Of a stretch of 53,718 nt of DNA, positions 9,843-19,283 are shown one piece after another. The stretch is taken from IMG/VR virus record IMGVR_UViG_3300031414_000029; one strand, written 5' to 3'. The position numbers and the translations under genes were made by a program. Position 1 is the first letter of the stretch, and every line of letters begins with the position of its first letter. This DNA comes from a virus. The notes beneath the pieces are model-generated. The model was not told the DNA's origin and did no database searches. It saw nothing but the letters and a program-made list of their open reading frames with translations.

Positions 9843-10126
9843 CGCCACCTGCTGCAACCATTAAACCTGTTGCTGCAAACATTGCTGATATAAAAGCCAG
9901 CGATGGTGGTTATATTTCGTTCTCTCAACTGTTTGAGATTACAAACTCTGTTCCAACAGACTACACCTATACTCGCGGGAGTGGGTTGGGTGCTGCTGTT
10001 GATGAAGGAGGTAATGTCTCCATCAAATCTGGTGCTGACAAGCGAACTGTAACAATCACCGCAACAGGGAAAGTTGGTGGCGTTGCTGACGGATTAAGTG
10101 CTGCGAAGCAATTTAATATCGTCTAA
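9369..10126 (+). CDS. Same protein, long form made by -1 frameshift at C_CCA_AAA (9830-9836), adding an Ig-like (Big_2-type) domain
   Basis: The -1 frame is open from the heptamer to TAA at 10124-10126, has no start codon of its own, and reads ...GGYISFSQLFEITNSVPTDYTYT...RTVTITATGKVGG.... Confidence 0.6.
9830..9836 (+). other. -1 programmed frameshift slippery heptamer CCCAAAA
   Basis: X_XXY_YYZ in the 0 frame (ggC CCA AAA gcc taa). Both tRNAs re-pair perfectly after the -1 slip. Confidence 0.55.
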
Positions 10127-10174
10127 ATGCTCGCAAACTCCTGCGATTAATTATTTATTATTTGGATTGAATAG

Positions 10175-11185
10175 ATGCCAAAGCTGATTAAACTGAACGA
10201 TGGTTCAGAGTTCCACCTGGATGATGCACTGGTCGCCATTCAGTCACAACCAAATGCCGTCACTCTGAGCGATGACGATGCTGTGTTCTTCCAGCGTCAG
10301 CTTGAATACATTGAAGCTCAGACGTACGATACCCTGTACCCGGACTTGGAAGCGCGTGACGCTTTCGGTGTTGATAACACTGGTGGTCCCGGCGTCCAGA
10401 CTCTGACCTTCCGTAGCTATGACCATGTTGGTAAAGCTAAAGTAATTAACGCGCGTGCAACTGACCTGCCGAAATCAAACATTTCTGGCCGCGAATATTC
10501 CATCCCTGTTAAGTCTATAGGTACTTCCTACGACTACGACATTGATGAAGTTGCTGCTGCTGCGCTGGTTGGCCTGCCGCTGGAAACTCGTAAAGCAATG
10601 GCGTCAACTCGCGGTTACGAGCAGTACATCAACTCTGCCGCATGGTATGGTGATGCTGCTGGTGGTTTCGTTGGTTTCTTCCAGAACACCGAAGTTACCA
10701 AATCCACTGTTGCCGCTGGTGCGTCTGGCAAAACAACTTGGCCGGACAAAACTCCTGCTGAAATTCTGCGTGACCTGAACACTGCAACTGCTGCAATGTT
10801 TGCGTCTACTCTGAAAATCATGCGTCCTGATGAACTGTGGCTGCCGGTTGATAAGCACCAGTACATCATGAACACTGCACGTTCTGACCAGTCGGACAAA
10901 ACCATTCTCAACTACTTCGTTGAGAACAACGAGTTCATCAACGACCGCGCTAAAATCCGTCCTCTGAATGCTATCAAAGGTCAGGGTGCTGGTGGTTCTG
11001 ATTGCTTCGTTCTGGTTTGCCGTACTGTTAACGGCCTGAAGACTTTCCGTCTGCGCGAACCTCTGGGCCTGACTTGGATGCCAGTACAGCTGCACGGTCT
11101 GGTATACGAAATTCCGGGCCGTGGTCGTTTCGCTGGTTTCCAGGTTATGTACCCAGCTGCAATTGCAATCTACTCAGGTATCTAA
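10175..11185 (+). CDS. Major capsid protein
   Basis: 336 aa with strongly expression-biased codons. FFQRQLEYIEAQTYDTLYPDL N-terminal pattern of the DUF2184-type capsid family. Followed by a hairpin terminator. Confidence 0.8.
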   Translation: MPKLIKLNDGSEFHLDDALVAIQSQPNAVTLSDDDAVFFQRQLEYIEAQTYDTLYPDLEARDAFGVDNTGGPGVQTLTFRSYDHVGKAKVINARATDLPKSNISGREYSIPVKSIGTSYDYDIDEVAAAALVGLPLETRKAMASTRGYEQYINSAAWYGDAAGGFVGFFQNTEVTKSTVAAGASGKTTWPDKTPAEILRDLNTATAAMFASTLKIMRPDELWLPVDKHQYIMNTARSDQSDKTILNYFVENNEFINDRAKIRPLNAIKGQGAGGSDCFVLVCRTVNGLKTFRLREPLGLTWMPVQLHGLVYEIPGRGRFAGFQVMYPAAIAIYSGI

Positions 11186-11196
11186 GTAGGTTTGTT

Positions 11197-11222
11197 GGCG
11201 GGAGCAATCCCGCCTCAGTTTC
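11197..11222 (+). terminator. Hairpin terminator/attenuator after the capsid gene
   Basis: GGCGGGA-GCAA-TCCCGCC (GNRA loop) followed by a weak U tract. Confidence 0.55.
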
Positions 11223-11239
11223 AACAATAAGAGAACAAC

Positions 11240-11668
11240 ATGCTTTTAAAAAATAACCGTTCAGGTAATGCGCAACTGTTTTATTCAACCAAAGACCAAA
11301 ACGGTCCAAAGGTTGATTACGTGCACATTCCCGGCGGCGCTACTGTTGAACTAAAAGATGAAATCTTTGAACTTCTGTGTAAGCCGACTACACTGATTCG
11401 CGAGCAAACCGTCGAAGAAGTTGAAATCGAAGGCGAAGCAGAAATCAAAATGGATAAGAAGAATGTATCCATCAAAGAGTTCTACGAAACTGGCGAAACT
11501 CGTGTAGTCAATTTGTTCCGTGAGCAAATCAAAGCTGGCGACTTCACTGTTATTGAGCGTCCGAAAACCAGCAAAGAAGATATGCTGAAAGTTCTGGCTC
11601 AGAACAGCATCGCGGCTGAGAAGCTTTCCGATGAACAGATTGTTGCGCTGTACGATAAACTGGTGTAA
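11240..11668 (+). CDS. Hypothetical virion-module protein
   Basis: ORF track; position after the capsid gene. Confidence 0.55.
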   Translation: MLLKNNRSGNAQLFYSTKDQNGPKVDYVHIPGGATVELKDEIFELLCKPTTLIREQTVEEVEIEGEAEIKMDKKNVSIKEFYETGETRVVNLFREQIKAGDFTVIERPKTSKEDMLKVLAQNSIAAEKLSDEQIVALYDKLV

Positions 11669-11671
11669 CAA

Positions 11672-12052
11672 ATGCTGACACTCACTGATTTGATTAAGCG
11701 TTATCCGGCGATGGCCGACCTTCCCCAAGACAGGTTTGACATCTTTCAGGAAGATGCGGTTCTTATCATGGGTACGGATGACGGGCGCTGGCTTAACTTT
11801 TATAATCCAGCGCAAGCCGCTTTAATCGCACACAGGGTTACAACTTCTGGTGCGCTTGAAGGCGACGAAGATTCTGCTGGAATGGCGAACGCTCCTGTAA
11901 CTCGCACAGATGTTGATGATGTTCAGGTTGAGTTCGCAGAACGGATTTGGGACAAGCTCCCATATCAGGAAGCAGATTTATATTCAACCTCATACGGACA
12001 AGATTATGTTCGTTGGCGTCGTATGGCTTTTGCGGGGCCGAGGGTTGCATGA
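11672..12052 (+). CDS. Head-tail connector protein (DUF4054-like)
   Basis: Position, plus the ...RFDIFQEDAVLIMG...AQAALIAHRV pattern. Confidence 0.5.
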   Translation: MLTLTDLIKRYPAMADLPQDRFDIFQEDAVLIMGTDDGRWLNFYNPAQAALIAHRVTTSGALEGDEDSAGMANAPVTRTDVDDVQVEFAERIWDKLPYQEADLYSTSYGQDYVRWRRMAFAGPRVA

Positions 12053-12411
12053 TAAATCAAAAGAAGGCTTTCAATCGGTTTACCACAGCCAAACACGAAG
12101 TCTCGATTTATCAGGAAGGCGGGTACGACGAAAAGAATAATTGGGTTGGGGATTTGTATCTTCCACCTGTGAAAATTCGCTGTACTCCAATTCCGTATGG
12201 CGACCGTGATTCGGGCATTGGTGGTCAGAAATTAATGGCTACTGATGTTGGTGAACGTCAACCTGCATTCATGCGTATTCATACCAGAAAAGTTCTTCCA
12301 ATAAAGTCGCTGTTTAATATCTATGGAATTCAGTATAAGGTCGTTGAAAAAGATGACGTAACTGATGCCGGATTCTGTGTGTATATTGCGGCTAAAGTTC
12401 TGGAGAAATAA
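12049..12411 (+). CDS. Head-tail joining / neck protein (start moved to ATG 12049)
   Basis: ATGA overlap with the upstream stop. The 11947 start lies inside the upstream gene. Confidence 0.5.
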   Translation: MINQKKAFNRFTTAKHEVSIYQEGGYDEKNNWVGDLYLPPVKIRCTPIPYGDRDSGIGGQKLMATDVGERQPAFMRIHTRKVLPIKSLFNIYGIQYKVVEKDDVTDAGFCVYIAAKVLEK

Positions 12412-12924
12412 GTGGATATTCAGGAACGCGAAATACAGGCGATGAAAGAAATCGTCGATGTGTGTGTTGGCATAGAACGATACACATATGAAATGCAACT
12501 TAATGCTCCACGTCCCAATGGCGATTATGCAGCGGTTAAGTGCCTATCAAGTTCTAATCCGGGCTTCGATGAAACGCGTGTTGTATCAATTGACGGCGTG
12601 GATAAGTTTCGAACTCGCGGTCTTAGAATCCTGACATTTTATATCCTCTTTAGTCGGGAAGGTCAGGAGTATATTGATTTCGATAATTCATTTTATCGAC
12701 CCGATGTTAATGCTATTTTGCGCAAACATGGTTTTGCAGCACTAGGCAAAGAGCCGTTAAATCTGGCTACAGTTCAGCTTGAAACTAATTGGGAAGTTCG
12801 TAAAGGCGTGAAGATGCAATTCAATGTCTTACGCGAACAAATCTCCGACATTGGTATCATGTCTGATGCAGTTGTCGATGGCAAATTCATAGACGGCGAC
12901 CAAGTCGTCTTGATTAAAGGATAA
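12412..12924 (+). CDS. Neck / tail-completion position protein (GTG start)
   Basis: ORF track; abuts neighbours. Confidence 0.5.
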   Translation: MDIQEREIQAMKEIVDVCVGIERYTYEMQLNAPRPNGDYAAVKCLSSSNPGFDETRVVSIDGVDKFRTRGLRILTFYILFSREGQEYIDFDNSFYRPDVNAILRKHGFAALGKEPLNLATVQLETNWEVRKGVKMQFNVLREQISDIGIMSDAVVDGKFIDGDQVVLIKG

Positions 12925-12927
12925 CGA

Positions 12928-14376
12928 ATGTCCGTTCCAATTTCCGACCTCGTTGACGTACAAATTGCGATTGCTCCAAACGCAGTTGCTGTTGACGGTT
13001 ATGGTCCAATTTCGTTCATGTCGAAAGAGTTCCAGCCAAATGCTGCTGAAAGTCAGATTCTGATTTTCACTAGCAAGAAAGCTGTGGAAGACCAGTTCCC
13101 AACTGGCGGCACTGAGATTCTGAAAGCTGCGGAAGCGTGGTATTCTCAGAAGCCAACTCCAAAGACATTCATTGTCGGCTCTATCTCAGCTCAGTCTGGT
13201 CAGGCTGCAACTTCTGGTAAGCTCGTTGGTGGCGCTGCCGCTGTACTGGCGGACCTGAAAGCAATCACTGCTGGCACTATGGCACTGTCTGTAAACGGCA
13301 CTGTTCAGAACGTCACAGGTTTAGACCTGTCAGGCGCTGCTGATTTGGCGGCTGTTGCAACTCTGCTGGAAGCTCAACTGACTGGCGTGTCTGTAACTCA
13401 GTCTGGCGGTGTGTTCACTGTCAAAACTGTTGCTACTGGTGCATCAACTGTCATTGAAATTCCTGCAACCGCTCCGCTGACTACAGCGTTGAAGTGGACA
13501 AGCACCACTGGAGCAACTTCGACTCCGGGTTCTGATGCAGTTGGTATCACAACTGACCTCGCTCGCATGTCTAATGCTGCCATGAAAGCTAAGCAATCTT
13601 TCTTCTATGTTGGTGTTGAACGCTCTCTGCGTGGCACTTCACAGATTCTGGAAGTTGCTGCATGGGCTGAGTCAAATGGTAAAGTGTTTGGTCACGCGTC
13701 TTCTGATTCGTCTGTTCTGAAAATTGGTAACACTACCAACTATTTCTATCAGGCCAAACAGCGTAACTTCATGCGCACCATTAACGTCTATGACGCTTCA
13801 AGCGGTGGCGTTGAATACCCAGAAGTCTCAATCCTCGGTCGTGCTTCAACTGTCAACTTTAACGTTGCAAACTCCGCACTGATTCTTGCATACAAGAAAG
13901 GCCCAGCAATCACAACTGCTGACCTGACTTCTGGCGAGAAGACTGCGCTGGAATCTTACAACGGTAATGCCTTCATTGATGTTGATGGCAACGTTCTGTT
14001 CTGGAACGGTAAGATGGCGGATGGCACTTGGTTCGATACAGTGCAGGGTACTTCTTGGCTGGGCGCTAAAGTTCAGGCAAACGTATTCAATCTGTTCTAC
14101 CAGTCAACCACGAAAATTCCGTGGACTGAAACTGGTGTTGCTCTGGTTAACCAGCAAATTACGCTGGCACTCGAACTGGCTGTTACCAACGGTTTGATTG
14201 CTCCGGGCTACGATAACGAAGGGACCTTCTACCCAGATGGTTACAAAGTTATCTCAACAGATTTGTCTCTGCTGCAATCTCAGAAAGGTGCGCGTATTTG
14301 GGAAGGTTCTTCCTTTATCGCTATCGGCTCTGGTGCGCTTCAGGGTGCAGTTATTTCAGGCAGCTTCGTACAATAA
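12928..14376 (+). CDS. Tail sheath protein
   Basis: 482 aa immediately upstream of a tube-sized gene, the chaperone and the tape measure. Expression-biased codons. Confidence 0.7.
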   Translation: MSVPISDLVDVQIAIAPNAVAVDGYGPISFMSKEFQPNAAESQILIFTSKKAVEDQFPTGGTEILKAAEAWYSQKPTPKTFIVGSISAQSGQAATSGKLVGGAAAVLADLKAITAGTMALSVNGTVQNVTGLDLSGAADLAAVATLLEAQLTGVSVTQSGGVFTVKTVATGASTVIEIPATAPLTTALKWTSTTGATSTPGSDAVGITTDLARMSNAAMKAKQSFFYVGVERSLRGTSQILEVAAWAESNGKVFGHASSDSSVLKIGNTTNYFYQAKQRNFMRTINVYDASSGGVEYPEVSILGRASTVNFNVANSALILAYKKGPAITTADLTSGEKTALESYNGNAFIDVDGNVLFWNGKMADGTWFDTVQGTSWLGAKVQANVFNLFYQSTTKIPWTETGVALVNQQITLALELAVTNGLIAPGYDNEGTFYPDGYKVISTDLSLLQSQKGARIWEGSSFIAIGSGALQGAVISGSFVQ

Positions 14377-14387
14377 AGGTGCGCTAA

Positions 14388-14843
14388 GTGAAACAGTATT
14401 CCTTTTATAATACCGACCTGCTGATTGATGGAAGCCGCGTTGACGGCTTCACTGCTGGTCAGGCAATTATCACAGCGCGTCGTAACATTCCACAGCATCT
14501 TCCAGTGATGGATGCATACGGTAAACTTGCCGTTGCAACCACTGCTGATTTGTCTGGTGTGATTACATTCCCGCTGCTGCAAACTGCCGACTGGAACCAG
14601 ATTCTGTATGAGAAAGCTCAGCTTACTCAGGCTACAGGTCTGTCCGGTAATAAGTCTCTCTGGCAACCAATTCAGATTCAGGTTGTCGATAAGATGGGTG
14701 ATATGCTGGTTAACGGTGTTAACGGCGTTATCCTGCAACAGCCTGCAATCCAGCGTGGCGTTTCGTTCACATCAAACCTGTGGGCGATTTACGTTGAGCG
14801 TCTTCAGTTTAAGACTGGTTCTTATCCTGAAGTTGGCGTTTAA
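14388..14843 (+). CDS. Tail tube protein (GTG start)
   Basis: 151 aa between the sheath and chaperone genes. Confidence 0.6.
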   Translation: MKQYSFYNTDLLIDGSRVDGFTAGQAIITARRNIPQHLPVMDAYGKLAVATTADLSGVITFPLLQTADWNQILYEKAQLTQATGLSGNKSLWQPIQIQVVDKMGDMLVNGVNGVILQQPAIQRGVSFTSNLWAIYVERLQFKTGSYPEVGV

Positions 14844-14862
14844 TCTATAAAGAGAGAATCAC

Positions 14863-15315
14863 ATGCCTTGTGAACTGCTTACGCGGGAAATTGAAAACGC
14901 TGCTGGCGAAAAACGAATTTTCACAGTGCGTCAACTTCCTCCAACCAAAGCACTCGAATTGCATGTTGAAATCGTAAACAAGTTGGGAAGCACTAGCTTC
15001 CCTCTTATCGACAACAACTACAATTTCGGTGACATTATTACGTTGATGCGTGCAAACGAACATCCCGTAGTATCTGAATTAATGAAGCGAGTTGTTTGTC
15101 TCGCCAACTACGAAGGACATGAGATTAAGCCTCATAACTTCGACCTCTCTTTCGACGGCGAGCTGATGATGGTTTGTAGAGCTTTTGCATTTGTCCTAGA
15201 GGCAAACTTCAAAAGTTTTTTCAAGCAAGGGCTCGAAATGAACGAACAGAAACGATTGGAGGCGGAGGCGCTATCAGCGCAGGCCAAGCAACAGAGTTCG
15301 AGTCCGAAGACTTAA
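14863..15315 (+). CDS. Tail assembly chaperone, short form (gpG-like)
   Basis: Canonical position upstream of the tape measure. Contains the slippery site T_TTT_TTC. Confidence 0.65.
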   Translation: MPCELLTREIENAAGEKRIFTVRQLPPTKALELHVEIVNKLGSTSFPLIDNNYNFGDIITLMRANEHPVVSELMKRVVCLANYEGHEIKPHNFDLSFDGELMMVCRAFAFVLEANFKSFFKQGLEMNEQKRLEAEALSAQAKQQSSSPKT

Positions 15316-15491
15316 CAAGTCAGTTCCCGGATATTAGCTACTTTTTGCATCGCCCGGTAATTGAAGACAGTTCGTTGTGTAGTTTGAAAGAACTCAGCGA
15401 CGGAACTTATTCTCTTGTTGACCTGCTTCTGTTTCACGACATTCTCGACCTGAGAAAGAAATTAACTCCACCAGTTGAATCGGAACAGTAA
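14863..15491 (+). CDS. Tail assembly chaperone, -1 frameshift long form (gpGT-like)
   Basis: The -1 frame is open from 15180 to TAA at 15489-15491 (overlapping the tape-measure ATG). It fills the otherwise non-coding 15316-15490 gap. Confidence 0.6.
15216..15222 (+). other. -1 programmed frameshift slippery heptamer TTTTTTC
   Basis: agT TTT TTC in the 0 frame (K S F F K). Confidence 0.6.
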
Positions 15492-18400
15492 TGGCAAGCA
15501 AAAAAGAAATGTTGGGCATGGGTGTTGAGACACTCCGTATGCTCGGACTTGAGGCGGGTTTGAATTTCGAACCCGGCTTATCAAAGTCTAAAATGGTTAT
15601 GCAACTTGAACAGCATCAAGCGTCAGGTTGGATGGAAACCAATAGCCAACTTCTCCATGCAACTGAGGAAGGTGGTTTCGACCACATGCAAGGCTTCACC
15701 GGACACGAAGGTGAAACCCTTTCAGATGCAGCACGCGTTGCTCAATCATTAGCTGGTGCTGGCTATACAGAAACATTCCATCATGTAATGAGTTCTGGAC
15801 TCGACCATCATGTCGAAGCGCTACACGGTTATATGGAAAAGCTGGGTGTTTCGTCTGACGATGTTTGGAAACATATGCCAAAGGCTAATCCAAACATTGC
15901 ACCACAACCGTTTAATTATCTGAAAGGATATTTGAACAACCATTGGAATGATTATCAGGATATTATGCCACCATTACAGGGGCATTATGCTGGTGATATT
16001 ATGGGTGAATACGCTACCAATAAAGGTAACGTAGGTGATTCTTATAATCATCTGGCCCACATGTATTTAAATAAAGCTGCATACAACAATGAGCAATCGT
16101 ACAACCACGATGTTTCAACTGTTGCATCGCGTTTGGCTTCGGCAATGGGAGGCCAATTCCTTGAGGTTGCACACGCTTCTGCCACTGGCGGTAAAGTTGG
16201 TTACCATTCAATTCTTCCTCAATTGGGTTCTGATGTTGTTTCTGGAACTCAGCACGCGCGGGAACCTTTAAATGCAGCTGGTTTACCTCTTGGTTCTTAT
16301 GGTTCTGCTGTGGGCGACCGTGGCCAATACTCGCTTGTAGCTTCTCTGACAGGCAGGCCAGAAAGTTCGGATGCGACTTCAACAGCAATCCGTCAGGAAG
16401 TATCGGAAACGATGCGTTCTCTTGCTTCGTCTTATAAAGGCGGTGGCGAGACAGGTATGAATCCACATCGTCATCAAACTTCTGATTACGATATGATTAT
16501 GGATTCGGCAACTCGATATGTTGATATTGAGGATGCCCGCTCAGGTTACAACAACTTGGACTCCGACCGGTACTCTGGTTCTGCTATTCGTTCTGTTGTT
16601 GAAAACAAATACGACCAGTTAGAATCTCAAACAGTGCAGTCGTTTGACCCTGCAAGCCGTGCTCGTGCTGCAATGGCTTCATTCAAACCTGACCAAGTTG
16701 GTTCTGGATTTACTGCACAGTTTGGTGAACCTCAAAACTGGAACTCAGCTCGCTCTCGTATTGAAAGCAAACGCATTGCGGATTTGGATGCAGCTCATGC
16801 AAACTTCCGTGATGTTGCAGATGGACAGCGATACAATCCTGTTCATTTCCATAATCTCGAACAGGGTTCACAGGAATGGTTTGACTTCCGCAGTCAACAT
16901 GACATTACTGGCTCAACTGTTGGTGCGCTTCTTGGTTCATCTGAATACAACAGGCCGTGGGCTGCTTTAAATGACCGTCTTGGATTAGAGCGTGGTGAGA
17001 AGTCTCGTTCGAATTTCCAAGAAAGAATCTTCGCACTTGGCCATAAGCGTGAAGAAGAAGCTCGTGCTCGTGTGTCGGAAAGATTAGGTCAGTCAATCGA
17101 ACAGGTTGGCGCAATTACAAATGACCAATATCCCGGCATGATGTATTCACCAGATGGATTAATTGGTGATGACGCATTGTGGGAGCATAAAGCTCCAGAG
17201 CGTGCTGGTAAATTTGCGGACTTGTTATCTGGAGACCATCCAGACTACATGGACCAGATTCAAATGGGTATGACTCTCTCTGGCAGAAGTCGTACTTTGT
17301 TCTCTCAAACTATTGGTAACGAAACTCGTGACCAGTGGATTGACCACGACCCAAGCTGGTATGAGCGAAATCAGAATCGACTTGATTCTATTCGTGGACG
17401 ACTGGCAGCAGGACGTGAGTTCGTAGAGAACAACAGTCATCTTGAGGGACGTGACCTTATCAATGGTGCGCGTGCTGCAATGCAGGGTGACGGAATCTGG
17501 AAAGATGTTCGTCAGAAATCCGACCGTGGTTATTCTCCAACTGCTGGTACTCCAAATGACCCGTACATTGGTCTTGGTGGTTCAACATATTCAGACGCTG
17601 TTCAGCCTTCGAATTATATTCCTAATTTCGTAACCGGTGCTGGCAACGGATTGATGAATGTGCCACAACAGGACGGTGCCGGTACAGGCGCTGAGACGGG
17701 CATGGCGCTTGCGGTTAAGCAAGGCATACTGGCGGCAAGGGACGAGGCCAAACGCAGCGAGGCTGGCGCTGGCGCTCAATCTGCCGCATTCGGTCAGGAA
17801 GATGCCGACTTTGACGACCTCGGAAATCCTCGCGGCTTCAGCCGGAAACGGATTGATGACGCATTCAGCGACGGCAACGGCGGGGGCGGTGGTGGTGGAC
17901 GTAAGCCGCCTCCTAGCTGGATGGATAACTTCGGACGTGGGATTGAGTCGGGTATTATGTCCGGCTCTCTCCGTGGGCTACAGGGCGGCTTCATGCGTGA
18001 GCTGTCACAAGCTGGCCCAATTGGACAGACCATCGGATTAGGTATTGGTGCCACTTCGATTGGCGGTGAAATCATGTCTACAATGAATGATTATCTCGGA
18101 ACCGCTCAGGACTTTGGTTCAAACAATCCAATCCAATTTGATGCACAGCAACAAGGCATGGAAATGCTGGGGCTTAATAAAGCTCAGGCTCAACATGCAA
18201 ACGAGGCTGTACATTCTGCTTATAACAGAATGGCAAACGGCGACCCTTCTGCTGCTGTACAAATGTCCGTTGCAACTCGTGGTTTACTGTCTTTAGCCGA
18301 TGTGCGTAGTAGTGGTGGCGACCCTGTTAAGTTAGCGGCCACTTTCAGAGAACGTGCTCGGTCAAGAGGCTGGAGTCAGGAACGTATTGCTGGCGCTGCT

Positions 18401-19219
18401 GAAATGGCTGGTCTTGATGGATTTGCTCGTACTGTTAATAACAGTGACCAAATTCAAAATGCTGCTGAGGGACTAGATGATACTCGCGGTAGACAAGATA
18501 CAAGCGATTTTAATCAAAGTGTGCGTCGAGATAATTCCGTCCGTGTTGTTGTTTCACCTGACTACAATGTTCAACGATACGGTGCTCAGAACTACGACCG
18601 TTTAGTTGATGGCATGGCCGAAGGTATGGCTGGTGCTTATAACAGAGTAGACAGTCTTGAAAAGGCAACTCATGCGGGAAGTCTGGCAGAAGCAACACGA
18701 CAGCTAGAGTCTGGAGGACGGGACTACGATAATCAGGGTAATCCGATTGTCAGTAAAACTGGTGCCAAGTATGGTATGCAGGTTCTTCCTTCAACAGCGC
18801 GTGACCCAGGCTACGGAATTAAACCAGCAACGAGTGATACACCGGAAGAATACAACCGTGTTGGGCGCGACCTTTTAAATAAAATGGTAGGGCGTTACGA
18901 TGGCGACTTGGACAAAGCTGCGGCTGCTTACACTGATGGAGCAGGAACCGTTGATGCTGCTGTTCGTGAGCATGGTGCTGATTGGTTAAAGCATATGCCA
19001 GCTCAGGCTCAGAAACGTGTCAGCGACTTGCGTAAATTAGGTGCGGGTGCGGATACCTTCCGGCAAACTGGCTCCAGCGGTGCAACTATTGGCACTGTTA
19101 ATGTAAATGTTACTGCAACAGTAAATGGGCGTGAAGCAAGAGCGACAGCTAATGTTAACGGTCAATCGCAGTCACACGAAATTAATGTTGGCAATGGTTC
19201 GGTACAACAACGCCGCTAA
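15491..19219 (+). CDS. Tape-measure-position multidomain protein with an internal YqaJ-type PD-(D/E)xK nuclease domain and a C-terminal lytic transglycosylase domain
   Basis: Position after the frameshifted chaperone. aa 455-625 read LEQGSQEWFDFRSQHDITGS...YSPDGLIGDDALWEHKAP (YqaJ signature). aa ~1065-1170 read QLESGGRDYD...GAKYGMQVLPSTA (SLT). Gly run GNGGGGGGGRK. Confidence 0.75.
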   Translation: MASKKEMLGMGVETLRMLGLEAGLNFEPGLSKSKMVMQLEQHQASGWMETNSQLLHATEEGGFDHMQGFTGHEGETLSDAARVAQSLAGAGYTETFHHVMSSGLDHHVEALHGYMEKLGVSSDDVWKHMPKANPNIAPQPFNYLKGYLNNHWNDYQDIMPPLQGHYAGDIMGEYATNKGNVGDSYNHLAHMYLNKAAYNNEQSYNHDVSTVASRLASAMGGQFLEVAHASATGGKVGYHSILPQLGSDVVSGTQHAREPLNAAGLPLGSYGSAVGDRGQYSLVASLTGRPESSDATSTAIRQEVSETMRSLASSYKGGGETGMNPHRHQTSDYDMIMDSATRYVDIEDARSGYNNLDSDRYSGSAIRSVVENKYDQLESQTVQSFDPASRARAAMASFKPDQVGSGFTAQFGEPQNWNSARSRIESKRIADLDAAHANFRDVADGQRYNPVHFHNLEQGSQEWFDFRSQHDITGSTVGALLGSSEYNRPWAALNDRLGLERGEKSRSNFQERIFALGHKREEEARARVSERLGQSIEQVGAITNDQYPGMMYSPDGLIGDDALWEHKAPERAGKFADLLSGDHPDYMDQIQMGMTLSGRSRTLFSQTIGNETRDQWIDHDPSWYERNQNRLDSIRGRLAAGREFVENNSHLEGRDLINGARAAMQGDGIWKDVRQKSDRGYSPTAGTPNDPYIGLGGSTYSDAVQPSNYIPNFVTGAGNGLMNVPQQDGAGTGAETGMALAVKQGILAARDEAKRSEAGAGAQSAAFGQEDADFDDLGNPRGFSRKRIDDAFSDGNGGGGGGGRKPPPSWMDNFGRGIESGIMSGSLRGLQGGFMRELSQAGPIGQTIGLGIGATSIGGEIMSTMNDYLGTAQDFGSNNPIQFDAQQQGMEMLGLNKAQAQHANEAVHSAYNRMANGDPSAAVQMSVATRGLLSLADVRSSGGDPVKLAATFRERARSRGWSQERIAGAAEMAGLDGFARTVNNSDQIQNAAEGLDDTRGRQDTSDFNQSVRRDNSVRVVVSPDYNVQRYGAQNYDRLVDGMAEGMAGAYNRVDSLEKATHAGSLAEATRQLESGGRDYDNQGNPIVSKTGAKYGMQVLPSTARDPGYGIKPATSDTPEEYNRVGRDLLNKMVGRYDGDLDKAAAAYTDGAGTVDAAVREHGADWLKHMPAQAQKRVSDLRKLGAGADTFRQTGSSGATIGTVNVNVTATVNGREARATANVNGQSQSHEINVGNGSVQQRR

Positions 19220-19220
19220 A

Positions 19221-19249
19221 GTGCGGGGCTTCGGCCCCGTGCTGTTTTT
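19221..19249 (+). terminator. Rho-independent terminator after the tape-measure gene
   Basis: GTGCGGGGC-TTCG-GCCCCGTGC stem-loop followed by TGTTTTT. Confidence 0.85.
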
Positions 19250-19283
19250 AATATTATTTGAATTTGATTATTAAGGTGTCATC

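Noticed and set aside
17794-18075. Pro-rich minus-strand ORF and other antisense ORFs within large structural genes (for example 10604-11095 and 6810-7307)
   Set aside because: These are antisense shadows of Gly- or Ala-rich, codon-biased + strand genes. None has independent support.
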